A DNA stretch of 64,000 bases from Desulfobacterales bacterium (GCA_046540355.1 JBKHFD010000001.1:19800-83799); one strand, 5' to 3'; positions 18,599-29,602 are shown, numbered from the stretch's first letter. The notes: generated by a model from the letters alone, not told the origin. Numbers and translations are program-made.

Positions 18599-19843
18599 AT
18601 GGGCAAGGAATTTTTTACAGTCACTCCAATAGAGCAGGTATTCGAACTTATGGCCGATTTCAATACCGTGGGCACCGAAACCGTCGACCTTCAGGAAGCC
18701 TGCGGAAGAATACTGGCAGAAGATATAATTTCCGAAATCAGCATACCCGGCTTTGCCCGGGCCACAATGGACGGCTATGCGGTTCGGGCGGCCTCCACCT
18801 TCGGAGCATCAGAGTCGGGTCCTGCCTATCTCAGCGTTTCAGGCATAATTGAAATGGGCGCCGCCCCCTCCCTGAAGATCGGCCACGGCCAGGCCGTGCG
18901 CATAGCAACCGGAGGGATGCTCCCTGAGGGGGCGGATGCGGTCGTAATGATGGAGCATGCTTCAGAACTTGATGAAACCTCCCTTGAAGTCTACAAAAGC
19001 GTTGCACCGGGGGGAAACATTGTTGCAGAAGACGAGGATTTTTCAAAAGGCAGCAAAGTTCTTTCAGCAGGCACACCGATCCGTCCCCAGGAAATGGGGC
19101 TGCTTGCAGCTCTTGGCAAAAGCCGGATTACGGTGTTTAAAAAGCCCGCAGCAGGTATAATTTCAACAGGGGACGAACTTGTGGGGATTGATCATGCACC
19201 GCCGCCTGGCAGAATAAGGGATGTAAACACTTATTCCCTTTCGGGCTGGACGACAAAGGCGGGCGCTCATCCCGTGGCATACGGTATAGTTCCGGACGAT
19301 TACGACCGGCTGCTTGCAACCTGCGGGCGCGCTCTTGAGGAAACCGACATGATCCTGATTTCAGGCGGCAGCTCAGTGGGAACCAGGGATCTGACCCTGG
19401 ATGTGATTGCAGCCCTGCCTGAATCCAAAATCCTGGTCCACGGAATACCGGTGCGCCCGGGAAAGCCAACCATTCTGGCAAAAGCCGCTGGCAAACCAAT
19501 ATGGGGACTTCCCGGGCAGATCGCTTCTGCCATGGTTGTCTTTGACCGGATAGTGGCCCCCTTTATTGGACATATTGCGGGAAATGCATTATTTTCAGAA
19601 AGAAATTACAGAATCCCGGCAGTACTGACCAGAAACATATCATCTGTCCAGGGTCGCACGGAATTTGTCAGAACCCGCATAATAAAAGAAAAAAACGTGT
19701 ATTACGCAGAGCCGATTCCGGGTCCCGCGGGCCTTATCAGGACCATGGTGGAAGCAGACGGTCTGATAGAAGTCCATATCAACACAGAGGGCCTTGAAAA
19801 AGGTGAACAGGTTGAAGTTATTATTCCGGGTCAATTTTCATAA
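18599..19843 (+). CDS. moeA: Molybdopterin molybdotransferase MoeA
   Basis: ATMDGYAV, IATGGMLPEGADAVVMME, STGDEL, SGGSSVG, RPGKP, GLPG. Confidence 0.93.
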   Translation: MGKEFFTVTPIEQVFELMADFNTVGTETVDLQEACGRILAEDIISEISIPGFARATMDGYAVRAASTFGASESGPAYLSVSGIIEMGAAPSLKIGHGQAVRIATGGMLPEGADAVVMMEHASELDETSLEVYKSVAPGGNIVAEDEDFSKGSKVLSAGTPIRPQEMGLLAALGKSRITVFKKPAAGIISTGDELVGIDHAPPPGRIRDVNTYSLSGWTTKAGAHPVAYGIVPDDYDRLLATCGRALEETDMILISGGSSVGTRDLTLDVIAALPESKILVHGIPVRPGKPTILAKAAGKPIWGLPGQIASAMVVFDRIVAPFIGHIAGNALFSERNYRIPAVLTRNISSVQGRTEFVRTRIIKEKNVYYAEPIPGPAGLIRTMVEADGLIEVHINTEGLEKGEQVEVIIPGQFS

Positions 19844-19869
19844 AGACAGATTATAAAAAAGGCAGGCAG

Positions 19870-21807
19870 ATGGGCAGCTCACGCAACATATATCTTAAGA
19901 TGAAAACACCGGAGGAGGCAAGACAGATTCTCTTCAGGGAAATCGACCCCGGACCCGGGGCTGCCGGAGAGACCGTTGACGTAACAGCCGCGGTCGGCAG
20001 GGTGCTGTCAAGGCCTGTTTATGCAAGGCTTTCCTCGCCGAATTTTAATTCTGCGGCCATGGACGGGGTCGCAGTAAAGGCTGAAACAACTTTCGGCGCA
20101 AACGAAGCAAATCCCAGGACCCTTGAAATCGGCACAGAGGCCGTGTTCGTCAACACCGGTCACGTGCTGCCCCGCAATACCGATGCGGTCATCATGATTG
20201 AAGAGCTTGAAATAATAGAAGAAAAAAGGATCAGGATCGAGGCTCCGGCCTTTCCGTGGCAGAACGTACGCCGCATGGGCGAAGACATTGTAGCAACCGA
20301 ACTGCTATTTCCCAGACATCACAAGGTTACACCGTACTGCACGGGAGCCCTTATGGGCGGCGGCATAACCGAGGTCCCGGTCATAAAAAAACCCCGTCTG
20401 CTGTTTATTCCCACCGGCCCGGAACTGGTGGACTACACAAATGTTTCAGGGGATCTTGCCCCTGGCAGGGTCATTGAATCCAATACTCACGTACTGGGCA
20501 AAATTGCTGAAGAATACGGGGCAACATACACACGACGGGACATCCTGCCGGATGATCCCGAAAAAATAATGCAGTCCGCAAAACAAGCCGCAGATTCAGA
20601 TGAATTTGACATAATCCTTATCACCGGCGGATCTTCGGCCGGCAGTGAGGATTTCTCAAGAGAGGTGATCGCTTCGCTCGGCAGGGTTCTGGTCCACGGA
20701 GTTGCCATGATGCCCGGCAAGCCCTTGGTAATAGGAGAAATAAACGGCAAGCCGGCTTTCGGTATACCCGGTTACCCGGTATCCGCGATCCTGGCCTTTG
20801 AACAATTTGTGGTCCCTTTAATAACGTCAATGCTGGGTCAGCCGGAGCCTGAACAGGACACCCTGGAAGCCGAGCCCACGAAAAAAATAGCAGGCAAACT
20901 CGGCATGGAGCAGTTTATCAGGGTCAAACTCGGCAGCGTGGGCGGCCGCATTGTTGCCACCCCCCTGCCCCGGGGGGCGGGAACTATTACCAGCATAACC
21001 GAAGCAGACGGAATAATAAGGTTATCGGCGGACAAGGAAGGAATACGCGAGCACGAAAAGACACCTGTCCTGCTTCTTAAATCCGGAAGGTCGGTGGAGG
21101 ACACCATAGTGGCAGTGGGCAGCCACGATAACACCATAGACGTGATAGCCGACATGATAAGGGAGAAAAGCAGCAGATTTACCTTATCTTCAAGCCACGT
21201 GGGCTCCATGGGAGGATTGATGGCCGTGAAAAACGGCCTGTGCCACTTTGCAGGCTCCCACCTGCTCGATGAAAACGACGGATCATATAACATATCCTAC
21301 ATAAAAAGATATCTGCCGGATAAAAAGGTTCGGCTGGTAAGGCTTGCCGAGCGGGAACAGGGTTTTATAGTGGCGCCGGGCAACCCAAAAAAAATCTCGT
21401 GCATAAAAGATCTGGCAGGAGAAGATATTATATTTATAAACAGGCAGTCAGGCTCGGGAACCAGGGTGCTGCTTGATTATCATCTAAGGAAAGCAGGAAT
21501 TGATCCTGATTCCATAAAAGGATACGAAAAAGAGGAATATACTCACATGGCGGTGGCAGCAGCCGTGCTCAGCCAAAGCGCGGATGCGGGGCTCGGCATC
21601 CATGCGGCTGCCGCGGCTCTCGGGCTCGATTTTGTACCGGTTGCCACAGAATCCTATGAACTTGTAATTCCGGAGGATTTTTTCGACTCCGGGCGCATCG
21701 CGACCATGCTCGATGTTATCAGGTCCGGGGCGTTTATCAAAAGGGTTGATGCCATGGGCGGATATCATACCCAAAACACCGGGAAAATCACCTGGAAAAG
21801 CGGCTGA
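19870..21807 (+). CDS. MoeA fused to a C-terminal PBP (molybdate/tungstate-binding-like) domain
   Basis: AAMDGVAV, MPGKP and GIPGYPVS, followed by GSHD, VGSMGGL, NRQSGSGTR and YTHMAVA of the PBP-like domain. Confidence 0.92.
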   Translation: MGSSRNIYLKMKTPEEARQILFREIDPGPGAAGETVDVTAAVGRVLSRPVYARLSSPNFNSAAMDGVAVKAETTFGANEANPRTLEIGTEAVFVNTGHVLPRNTDAVIMIEELEIIEEKRIRIEAPAFPWQNVRRMGEDIVATELLFPRHHKVTPYCTGALMGGGITEVPVIKKPRLLFIPTGPELVDYTNVSGDLAPGRVIESNTHVLGKIAEEYGATYTRRDILPDDPEKIMQSAKQAADSDEFDIILITGGSSAGSEDFSREVIASLGRVLVHGVAMMPGKPLVIGEINGKPAFGIPGYPVSAILAFEQFVVPLITSMLGQPEPEQDTLEAEPTKKIAGKLGMEQFIRVKLGSVGGRIVATPLPRGAGTITSITEADGIIRLSADKEGIREHEKTPVLLLKSGRSVEDTIVAVGSHDNTIDVIADMIREKSSRFTLSSSHVGSMGGLMAVKNGLCHFAGSHLLDENDGSYNISYIKRYLPDKKVRLVRLAEREQGFIVAPGNPKKISCIKDLAGEDIIFINRQSGSGTRVLLDYHLRKAGIDPDSIKGYEKEEYTHMAVAAAVLSQSADAGLGIHAAAAALGLDFVPVATESYELVIPEDFFDSGRIATMLDVIRSGAFIKRVDAMGGYHTQNTGKITWKSG

Positions 21808-22220
21808 TGCCATACGATATCATTGATCACACGGCTGACACCGGAATAAGGGTATGGGCCGAAAGCATTGAAAAGCTGTTCACCGAAGCAGCCCGCGCCA
21901 TGTTTGAAATGATAACTGACACAAAAAAACTGGTTCCTGCTGAAACCAGGGAAATTTATGCGAAAGGTGCTGACCGGACCGATCTGTTTGTCAACTGGCT
22001 AAGAGAACTCCTGCTTATATGGAACGTGGAGCAATGCCTGGTAAAATCCACTGAAATACTTGACATCGCTGAAACCGGGCTGAAAGCCGAGGTCTCTGCA
22101 GAGGGGTTTAACCCGGAAAGACACGCTATAGATACGGATATAAAGGCGGTCACGTATCACTGCGCACAAGTGACTCATAAAAACGGCGGCTGGGAGGCCA
22201 CCGTGATATTCGACGTATAG
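21807..22220 (+). CDS. Archease
   Basis: DHTAD, IKAVTYH and C-terminal IFDV motifs. Confidence 0.95.
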   Translation: MPYDIIDHTADTGIRVWAESIEKLFTEAARAMFEMITDTKKLVPAETREIYAKGADRTDLFVNWLRELLLIWNVEQCLVKSTEILDIAETGLKAEVSAEGFNPERHAIDTDIKAVTYHCAQVTHKNGGWEATVIFDV

Positions 22221-22239
22221 AGCATCACAGGAGCTTCTC

Positions 22240-23673
22240 ATGGAACTGGAAAGAAAAGACGAGTATCGCTGGGAAATAAAAAAAACCGGCGCCATGAACG
22301 TGCCGGCCAGGATATATTCAAGCAGCTCACTTATAGAAGCCGTAAAAAAAGAGGAAACATTTAAGCAGCTGGTAAACGTAGCTCAGCTCCCGGGTATAGT
22401 CGGCTGCGCCATGGCAATGCCAGATATTCACTGGGGATACGGGTTCCCAATAGGCGGGGTGGCTGCATTTGACATGGATAACGGCGTGATTTCTCCCGGA
22501 GGAGTAGGCTATGACATAAACTGCGGAGTCAGGCTGGCTGCAACCGGACTTGAGGAATCCGAAGTTCGCCCCAGGCTGGAACGGCTGGCAACTTTCATGC
22601 AGCGCGATATCCCCTCGGGGGTGGGCTCAAGGGGGCCATTAAAACTCTCAGAGGCCGAGCTTAAAAAGGTGCTCAGGCAGGGAAGCCCCTGGGCGATTGC
22701 ACGGGGCTACGGCGAACCCGTGGACGAGGAGCGTACTGAGGACGGCGGGTGCATGTCTGATGCGGATCCTTCGGCAGTCAGCTCCCGGGCCCTGGAACGG
22801 GGACGCGGCCAGCTCGGCACCCTGGGTTCGGGCAACCATTTCATGGAAATCGGGGTGGTGGACGAGATATATAGCCCCGAAGCTGCGGATGCTTTCGGTT
22901 TAAGGCCCGGCCAGGTAACACTTCTGATACATACCGGCTCCAGGGGGCTGGGGCATCAGATCTGTGATGATTTTCTTGCAGCCATGACAAAAAAGGTCGG
23001 CCAGACGGGAATAAAACTTCCGGACCGTCAGCTTGCATGCATGCCGATCAATTCAGCCGAAGGCCGGGCTTATTACAGGGCAACGGCGTGCGCGGCAAAT
23101 TTTGCATGGGCAAACAGACAGATTCTCATGCACATTGCAGCAGAGACGTTTATGACTACTCTGGGCATCAGTCCAAGGGATCTTGCAATGCGGCTGGTAT
23201 ACGATGTATGCCACAATATAGCAAAAATTGAAACACACACCATCGAGGGTTTAAAACAAAAGGTCTGCGTTCACCGCAAAGGCGCCACCCGGGCATTTGC
23301 CCCTGGGCATCCGGCCCTTTGCGAAGCCTACCGTCCCGTGGGCCAGCCCATACTTATACCCGGGGACATGGGCACCGCATCCTATGTCCTTGTCGGCACC
23401 CGGGAAGCAATGGATGAAACCTTCGGCTCTACGTGCCACGGTGCTGGACGGGTATTAAGCCGCAAAGCCGCCAAAAAAGCGGCCAGGGGAAGATCGTTAA
23501 GCCGTGAGCTGGAAGAAAAGGGTGTTATTGTCAAAGCCTCCGGCAAATCAACCATGGCAGAAGAGATGCCCGAGGCTTACAAGGATGTCGCCGAAGTGGT
23601 GGAGGTGGTGCACGGCTGCGGAATTTCAAAAAAGGTGGCGAAACTTCGGCCGGTTGCTGTAATAAAGGGATAA
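22240..23673 (+). CDS. rtcB: RtcB RNA 3'-phosphate/5'-OH ligase
   Basis: MPDIHWGYGFPIG, GYDINCGVR, GSGNHF, HTGSRG, DVCHN, HRKGATR, STCHGAGR, all intact. Confidence 0.97.
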   Translation: MELERKDEYRWEIKKTGAMNVPARIYSSSSLIEAVKKEETFKQLVNVAQLPGIVGCAMAMPDIHWGYGFPIGGVAAFDMDNGVISPGGVGYDINCGVRLAATGLEESEVRPRLERLATFMQRDIPSGVGSRGPLKLSEAELKKVLRQGSPWAIARGYGEPVDEERTEDGGCMSDADPSAVSSRALERGRGQLGTLGSGNHFMEIGVVDEIYSPEAADAFGLRPGQVTLLIHTGSRGLGHQICDDFLAAMTKKVGQTGIKLPDRQLACMPINSAEGRAYYRATACAANFAWANRQILMHIAAETFMTTLGISPRDLAMRLVYDVCHNIAKIETHTIEGLKQKVCVHRKGATRAFAPGHPALCEAYRPVGQPILIPGDMGTASYVLVGTREAMDETFGSTCHGAGRVLSRKAAKKAARGRSLSRELEEKGVIVKASGKSTMAEEMPEAYKDVAEVVEVVHGCGISKKVAKLRPVAVIKG

Positions 23674-23695
23674 AATACAAGGAGGAGACATAGAA

Positions 23696-25051
23696 GTGAA
23701 TCCGGAGATTTTCAGGGAATACGATATTCGGGGAATTGCTGACAAGGACATCAATGACGAGGATGTCCTCATACTTGCAAAAGCCATCGGCACCTACATG
23801 AGACGGCGCGGCTGCACAAAGATAGCCGTGGGGCGGGACTGCCGGCTGACCTCGGAAAAATATACCGAAAAAATGATACGCGGTCTTAAGGAAACAGGCT
23901 GTGATGTAATAAATACAGGCATGTGTCCCACCCCGGTGCTGTATTTTTCCATCCGGCATTTAAATACGCACGGCGGGGTCATGGTAACCGCAAGTCACAA
24001 TCCACCCGAGTACAACGGTTTTAAAATCTGCCGGGGCACCGATTCGGTCCACGGTGATCAGATCCAGGAAATACGGAAAACAATCGAAAAAGGCGATTTT
24101 GAAAAAGGAGAAGGGTCTGTCGCAGATGCGGAGGTTATAACCCCCTACCGGGATTACTTAAAAAACAACATCGCAATTGAGAAACCCATACGAGTCGGAA
24201 TTGACGCGGGCAACGGAACCGCAGGGGTTGTGGCCGTACCAGCGCTAAAAAGCTTCGGCTGCGAAGTCCATGAACTTTACTGCGAGCCCGACGGCCGGTT
24301 TCCCAACCATGAGGCGGATCCCACTGTGATCGAAAACCTGAGAGATCTCACCGCCCTGGTAGAAGAAAAGGGCCTTGATGCGGGGATCGGATATGACGGC
24401 GACGGAGACCGCATTGGTGTTGTGGATCACCGGGGAAGGATAATATACGGCGATCAGCTCATGATGATATTTGCAAGGGAAATTTTGTCCCGCAAACCCG
24501 GGGCCACTTTCATCTCCGAGGTCAAATGCTCCAAGACCATGTATGACGACATAGAAAAACACGGCGGCCGGGCAGTTATGTGGAAAACCGGACATTCCCT
24601 GATCAAGGAGAAGATGAAAGAGGAAAACGCCGCCCTGGCAGGGGAAATGAGCGGGCACATGTTTTTTGCAGACAGATATTTCGGATTTGACGATGCTATA
24701 TATGCCTCCTGCAGGCTGCTGGAAATCCTTTCTTCCACAGGAAAGACCATTGATAAACTGCTCGATGGGGTGCCCGAGACTTACAGCACTCCCGAAATTC
24801 GGGTGGACTGCCCGGATGATGTAAAATTTCGTGTAGTGGAAGAGGCAAAAAAATTTTTATCGAAAAAATATGAAGTAATTGATATTGATGGAGTAAGAAT
24901 AGTTTTTGACGACGGATGGGGCCTTGTTCGGGCATCAAATACCCAGCCCGCCCTGGTAATGCGCTTTGAGGCCCTGTCGCCGCAGCGCAGGGATGAAATC
25001 CGCAGAATTGTGGAAAATACAATTGAGGAAATAAAGAAAAACGAAAAATGA
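23696..25051 (+). CDS. Phosphomannomutase/phosphoglucomutase
   Basis: IFREYDIRG, TASHNP, DGDGDR, GEMSGH, RASNTQP. Confidence 0.95.
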   Translation: MNPEIFREYDIRGIADKDINDEDVLILAKAIGTYMRRRGCTKIAVGRDCRLTSEKYTEKMIRGLKETGCDVINTGMCPTPVLYFSIRHLNTHGGVMVTASHNPPEYNGFKICRGTDSVHGDQIQEIRKTIEKGDFEKGEGSVADAEVITPYRDYLKNNIAIEKPIRVGIDAGNGTAGVVAVPALKSFGCEVHELYCEPDGRFPNHEADPTVIENLRDLTALVEEKGLDAGIGYDGDGDRIGVVDHRGRIIYGDQLMMIFAREILSRKPGATFISEVKCSKTMYDDIEKHGGRAVMWKTGHSLIKEKMKEENAALAGEMSGHMFFADRYFGFDDAIYASCRLLEILSSTGKTIDKLLDGVPETYSTPEIRVDCPDDVKFRVVEEAKKFLSKKYEVIDIDGVRIVFDDGWGLVRASNTQPALVMRFEALSPQRRDEIRRIVENTIEEIKKNEK

Positions 25052-25077
25052 GCCCTGAAGGTTATGGAGGTTGGAAA

Positions 25078-26658
25078 ATGAAAGTTCTTATCAGCGACAA
25101 TCTAGGCGAAGCCGGCATAGAAATACTTGAAACCGCAGGGTTCGAAGTTGACGTCAAAACCGGGCTTTCGGCGGGGGAACTAAAATCGGTTATCCCCCCT
25201 TATCACGCCCTGATAATAAGGAGCGCAACCAGGGTAACCGAGGATCTTCTCGAAGCCGCGGAAAACCTCAAAGTCGTTGGCCGCGCAGGAATCGGCCTGG
25301 ACAATGTAGATACACAGGCGGCCACCCGCAAGGGTGTTGTGGTAATGAACACTCCGGGAGGAAATGTCGTCACCACCGCTGAGCACACCCTTGCTCTCAT
25401 GCTGTCGCTGACCCGGAATATCCCCCGGGGTACTTCATCTCTTAAGGCCGGCAAATGGGAGAAAAAAAAGCTCATGGGCCGGGAGATCTGCGATAAAACC
25501 ATAGGGGTTATAGGTTTCGGCAAAATCGGATCAGTGGTGGCAGACCGGGCAAGAGGCTTAAAAATGCGCGTGACCGTCTATGACCCCGTAGTGCAGCCGG
25601 AAGCCATTGAAAAACAAGGGTTTGAATGCATTGATCTTGACAGACTCTACGCAGAATCCGATTACATTACTCTGCATGTGCCGAAAAACAAGGACACGGC
25701 TGCTATGATAAACAAACAGGCCATCTCCGCGATGAAAGACGGAGTAATGATAATAAACTGTTCGAGGGGCGGAATTGTTGATGAAGAAGCACTTTACGAA
25801 GCTCTTGTAAACGGCAAGGTAGCCGGGGCGGCCCTTGACGTTTTCTCAGAAGAGCCCCCGTCCCCTGATAACCCCCTGCTGGGGCTTGACAACGTGGTTG
25901 TCACTCCCCATCTCGGGGCTTCGACTTTCGAGGCCCAGACCAATGTGGCAGTGGCTGTTGCCAACCAAATCATAGAATACCTTAAAAACAACAACGTGGT
26001 TAACGCAGTCAATGTTCCCTCGGTTTCGGGAAAAGCACTTGAACAACTGAGTCCGTTTATCCAGCTTGCAGAGAAAATGGGGCGGCTGCAGGCCCAGTTT
26101 GTTGCCGGACAGCTAAGAGAAATTGACATCCGGTACAACGGGAATTTCTTCGGCTATGACATGATGCCGGTTACATCCGCCTTCATCCAGGGCCTTCTTT
26201 CATACCGTCTCGGTGACGAGGTAAATGCAATAAATGCGCAATACCTGGCAAAGGAGCGGGGAATCAGGGTTACGGAGTCAAGCACAGCCGAGGCGGCGGA
26301 ATTTCTACACCTGATTACCACCAAGGTCACAGGCACGGATAAGACATCAACCGTTGCCGGCACTGTATTCGGCAAAAACGATCCCCGCATTGTCAGGATA
26401 GATGACTTCAGAATAGAAATAATTCCCCAGGGGCATCTGGCGCTGATCCATAACAGGGACGAACCCGGCGCAATCGGGTCTATCGGCATCACACTGGGCG
26501 AACACGGAATAAACATCTCCAGGATGCAGGTTGGCCAGGAAGTCGACGGTGAGCACAACATAATACTGCTCCGCACCAACACCCCGATTCCCGATGAGGT
26601 GGCCGAAGCCCTGCGGGCTCAGCCCCAGGTAAAAACTGTGAAAACTCTTGAATTATAA
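25078..26658 (+). CDS. serA: D-3-phosphoglycerate dehydrogenase (type I, with ASB and ACT domains)
   Basis: MKVLISD start after GGAGG, GRAGIGLDNVD, GFGKIG, TPHLGAST.EAQ, C-terminal ACT (NRDEPGAIG). Confidence 0.95.
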   Translation: MKVLISDNLGEAGIEILETAGFEVDVKTGLSAGELKSVIPPYHALIIRSATRVTEDLLEAAENLKVVGRAGIGLDNVDTQAATRKGVVVMNTPGGNVVTTAEHTLALMLSLTRNIPRGTSSLKAGKWEKKKLMGREICDKTIGVIGFGKIGSVVADRARGLKMRVTVYDPVVQPEAIEKQGFECIDLDRLYAESDYITLHVPKNKDTAAMINKQAISAMKDGVMIINCSRGGIVDEEALYEALVNGKVAGAALDVFSEEPPSPDNPLLGLDNVVVTPHLGASTFEAQTNVAVAVANQIIEYLKNNNVVNAVNVPSVSGKALEQLSPFIQLAEKMGRLQAQFVAGQLREIDIRYNGNFFGYDMMPVTSAFIQGLLSYRLGDEVNAINAQYLAKERGIRVTESSTAEAAEFLHLITTKVTGTDKTSTVAGTVFGKNDPRIVRIDDFRIEIIPQGHLALIHNRDEPGAIGSIGITLGEHGINISRMQVGQEVDGEHNIILLRTNTPIPDEVAEALRAQPQVKTVKTLEL

Positions 26659-26749
26659 GGAGAAACTCAAAACCAGAATATTGAAATACGAAACAAATTA
26701 GTAATTTGCGCTTTGGATTTATAACAACAAACAGGGGATAGAATAAAAT

Positions 26750-27052
26750 ATGGCACAAAACGGCACGGAAAAAAACAATACAGGGCGCTCAGAATACATG
26801 ATGCCGGAAGTAAATTTCACAACCTTTATTCTGTCGCTTAACTCCTCGGTTCTGGTGCATCTCGGCCAGCATGCCGATCCGACGACCGGAACAACAACCA
26901 AAAACCTTCCGGTGGCAAAACAGACCATAGACGTTATAGCAATGCTTGAGGAAAAAACCAGGGGCAATCTTACTGATGAGGAACAGCGGTTGTTGACAAA
27001 TGTGCTATATGAATTACGGTTATTATATGTAAAAGAGACCGAAGGCAAATAA
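26750..27052 (+). CDS. DUF1844 family protein
   Basis: PEVNFTTFILSL...AKQTID.I.ML.EKTRGNLT.EE..LL...LYELRL.YV. Confidence 0.88.
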   Translation: MAQNGTEKNNTGRSEYMMPEVNFTTFILSLNSSVLVHLGQHADPTTGTTTKNLPVAKQTIDVIAMLEEKTRGNLTDEEQRLLTNVLYELRLLYVKETEGK

Positions 27053-27101
27053 TCCGGAGGCTCGGACAGACCCGGCAAACCGAAAGGAGAGCGAAGAGAC
27101 T

Positions 27102-28580
27102 ATGAAATTCTTTCGCAAACCAGGTGCATGGCTTACCATTATAATTGCATCAGCCTTAATTATTACGTGCGGACTGATTATTACCCCGAAAAATAATGCC
27201 GCCGCAGCGGCGGGAGCCAGGACGGAAAAAACCTCGGAATTCCCGGCAAGTTTTACCGAACTTGCCGAGAAGGCCGGCCCCGCGGTGGTTAACATAAGAA
27301 CAGTGAAAACCGTAGAGGGCGGTACTCAGCTGTTCCGGCACTTTTTTGGCCCCCAGGGCCCGCAGGGGGGACCGGACAGCCGGCAACCTTTTGACGAGTT
27401 CTTCGAGCGCTTCTTCGGCCGCCAGGATCCCCGGGAGTTTAAACAGAGAAGTCTGGGTTCCGGGTTTATCATGGACAGGCAGGGCCACATAGTTACCAAC
27501 AACCACGTGATTGAAAACGCTGACGAAATCCAGGTCAAGCTCAAAAACGGCATGGAATACGACGCTGAGATCATAGGAACCGACCCTAATACCGACCTTG
27601 CATTAATAAAGATAGATACCGACGATGAACTTCCCGTGCTGGAGCTCGGCAATTCAGACAAAATGCGTACAGGGGAATGGGTTCTGGCAATCGGAAACCC
27701 CTTCGGCCTCGATCATACGATAACAGCGGGAATCATAAGCGCCAAAGGAAGAGTTATCGGAGCCGGACCATATGATGATTTTATCCAGACAGACGCATCC
27801 ATTAACCCGGGCAACAGCGGCGGGCCGCTTCTAAACATGAAAGGCGAAGTCATAGGAATAAACACCGCTATAGTGGCTCGCGGCACAGGGATTGGTTTCG
27901 CCATACCCTCGAAGATGGCCGGCGATATCATAGACCAGCTTAAAGACAAGGGCGAAGTAACCCGGGGATGGCTCGGCGTGGGAATCCAGGAGTTAAATGA
28001 CGATCTGAAAGAATACTACGGCACGGAAAAAGGGGTCCTTGTAACCCAGGTATTTCCCGGTGATCCCGCAGACAAGGCGGGTATTAAAAAAAATGACATC
28101 ATCGTTTCCGTAAACGGCAAAGAGGTGAACTCCCCGAGGGAACTAAGCCGCACTATAGCCGATATGAAGCCCGAGCAGAAGGCTGAAATAGAATTTGTCC
28201 GCAAAGACAAAACCCGGACCACGGAGGTAACTCTCTCAAAAAGAGACGAGCAGAGACTGGCAGAAGAAGACCGGCGGGAGCCCGAGGAACCCGGTGAAGC
28301 CGGACTCGGTATTACGGCTTCGGATGTAACCGAAGATATTGCCCAGCAATTAAACCTGCGGGATACCTCAGGCGCAATTGTCAGAGAAGTAGAATCAGAC
28401 AGCAAGGCTGAAGCGGCAGGCTTTCGGAGAGGCGATGTAATAAAGGAAATAAACCACGAACCTGTAAAATCGGCACAAGAATTCAGGGAAAAGGTGGCCA
28501 AGGCCGATGAAGGCGATCTTTTGCAGTTTTATGTAATCCGGCCCCGCATGGGAATTACAATCATCAAACTGACAAAATAA
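27102..28580 (+). CDS. DegP/DegQ (HtrA) serine protease with two PDZ domains
   Basis: GSGFI, TNNHVI, TDLAL, QTDASINPGNSGGPL, RGWLGV. Confidence 0.95.
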   Translation: MKFFRKPGAWLTIIIASALIITCGLIITPKNNAAAAAGARTEKTSEFPASFTELAEKAGPAVVNIRTVKTVEGGTQLFRHFFGPQGPQGGPDSRQPFDEFFERFFGRQDPREFKQRSLGSGFIMDRQGHIVTNNHVIENADEIQVKLKNGMEYDAEIIGTDPNTDLALIKIDTDDELPVLELGNSDKMRTGEWVLAIGNPFGLDHTITAGIISAKGRVIGAGPYDDFIQTDASINPGNSGGPLLNMKGEVIGINTAIVARGTGIGFAIPSKMAGDIIDQLKDKGEVTRGWLGVGIQELNDDLKEYYGTEKGVLVTQVFPGDPADKAGIKKNDIIVSVNGKEVNSPRELSRTIADMKPEQKAEIEFVRKDKTRTTEVTLSKRDEQRLAEEDRREPEEPGEAGLGITASDVTEDIAQQLNLRDTSGAIVREVESDSKAEAAGFRRGDVIKEINHEPVKSAQEFREKVAKADEGDLLQFYVIRPRMGITIIKLTK

Positions 28581-29438
28581 GTGGAAATCAAAACTCCTGC
28601 AAAAATCAATCTTTACCTGGATATAACAGGAAAACGGCCGGACGGATATCATGAACTTATTTCCCTGATGTGCTGCATCGGGATCCGTGATACCGTCCGG
28701 TTTTCATTCGACCAGCCGGATACTGCCGGCAACCTGACAGTTGCCTGTGATCACCCGGATGTACCTTCGGGCAGGGACAACCTGGCTTTTGGCGCAGCCG
28801 AGGCGTTTTTAAAAGAAGCAGATATAACCCCCGATAAACTTTTTATATCCATAAAAAAACAAATACCGGTGGGAGCAGGACTCGGCGGAGGAAGCAGCAA
28901 CGCTGCAGCAGTGCTCTGCGGATTAAACCGTTATTATGGAAACCCGGTTTCCCCTGAAAGGCTAACAGAGATAGCCGCCGGGATAGGAGCCGACATACCG
29001 TTTTTTATCTTCGGCAGTCCTGCAGCAGCTGAAGGCATAGGGGAAAAGCTCACCCCAGTTGAAGGTCTTACCGATATGCCGCTGGTTGTAATTTATCCCG
29101 GCCGCCCCCTGCCCACCGGCAGCGTATATAAAAAGTTTAATTTGGCATTGACAAATCCCGAAAAAATCAATAAAAAGATTATTTTTGAACCGGGCTGGGT
29201 CGCCGGGATATCAAGGCACCTTTTTAATGCGCTTGAACCGGCAGCAATAAAACTGTGTCCGGAAATCGGGGAGGCAAAGCAGATCCTGCTTGAATACGGG
29301 GCTGAGGGAGCCCTGATGAGCGGGAGCGGTTCATCGGTTTTCGGAATATTTAAAGATATGCACGGGGCTGAAAACGCATACGCTAAATTATCCGGGCGCA
29401 GCCGCTGGCGGGTGTTTCTTACGCAGCTGCTTGCATAA
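28581..29438 (+). CDS. ispE: 4-(cytidine 5'-diphospho)-2-C-methyl-D-erythritol kinase
   Basis: [39 protein letters not shown]. Confidence 0.96.
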   Translation: MEIKTPAKINLYLDITGKRPDGYHELISLMCCIGIRDTVRFSFDQPDTAGNLTVACDHPDVPSGRDNLAFGAAEAFLKEADITPDKLFISIKKQIPVGAGLGGGSSNAAAVLCGLNRYYGNPVSPERLTEIAAGIGADIPFFIFGSPAAAEGIGEKLTPVEGLTDMPLVVIYPGRPLPTGSVYKKFNLALTNPEKINKKIIFEPGWVAGISRHLFNALEPAAIKLCPEIGEAKQILLEYGAEGALMSGSGSSVFGIFKDMHGAENAYAKLSGRSRWRVFLTQLLA

Positions 29439-29481
29439 CACAAGCTGTGCGGCCGCCCAGGCTCACGAATAAACGGGCTGC

Positions 29482-29556
29482 TGGGGCGTCGTCAAGCGGT
29501 AAGACACAGGATTTTGGTTCCTGCATTCGGAGGTTCGAATCCTCCCGCCCCAGCCA
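29482..29556 (+). tRNA. tRNA-Gln (anticodon TTG)
   Basis: TGGGGCG/CGCCCCA acceptor stem, CAGGA-TTTTGGT-TCCTG anticodon arm, GGTTCGAATCC T-loop, encoded CCA; usual ispE-tRNA-Gln-prs synteny. Confidence 0.97.
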
Positions 29557-29602
29557 ACTTGCAAACGGTTCCAATAATAACCCCAACCGCCCAGAGGAGA
29601 GC

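Noticed and set aside
26663-26720. AT-rich stretch (GAATATTGAAATACGAAACAAATT...TTTGGATTT) resembling heptamer-repeat remnants
   Set aside because: Too short and degenerate to support a repeat call, and no associated gene.
29447-29602. ORF-track N-terminal extension of prs
   Set aside because: It reads through tRNA-Gln; the real start is at 29603, after GAGGAG.
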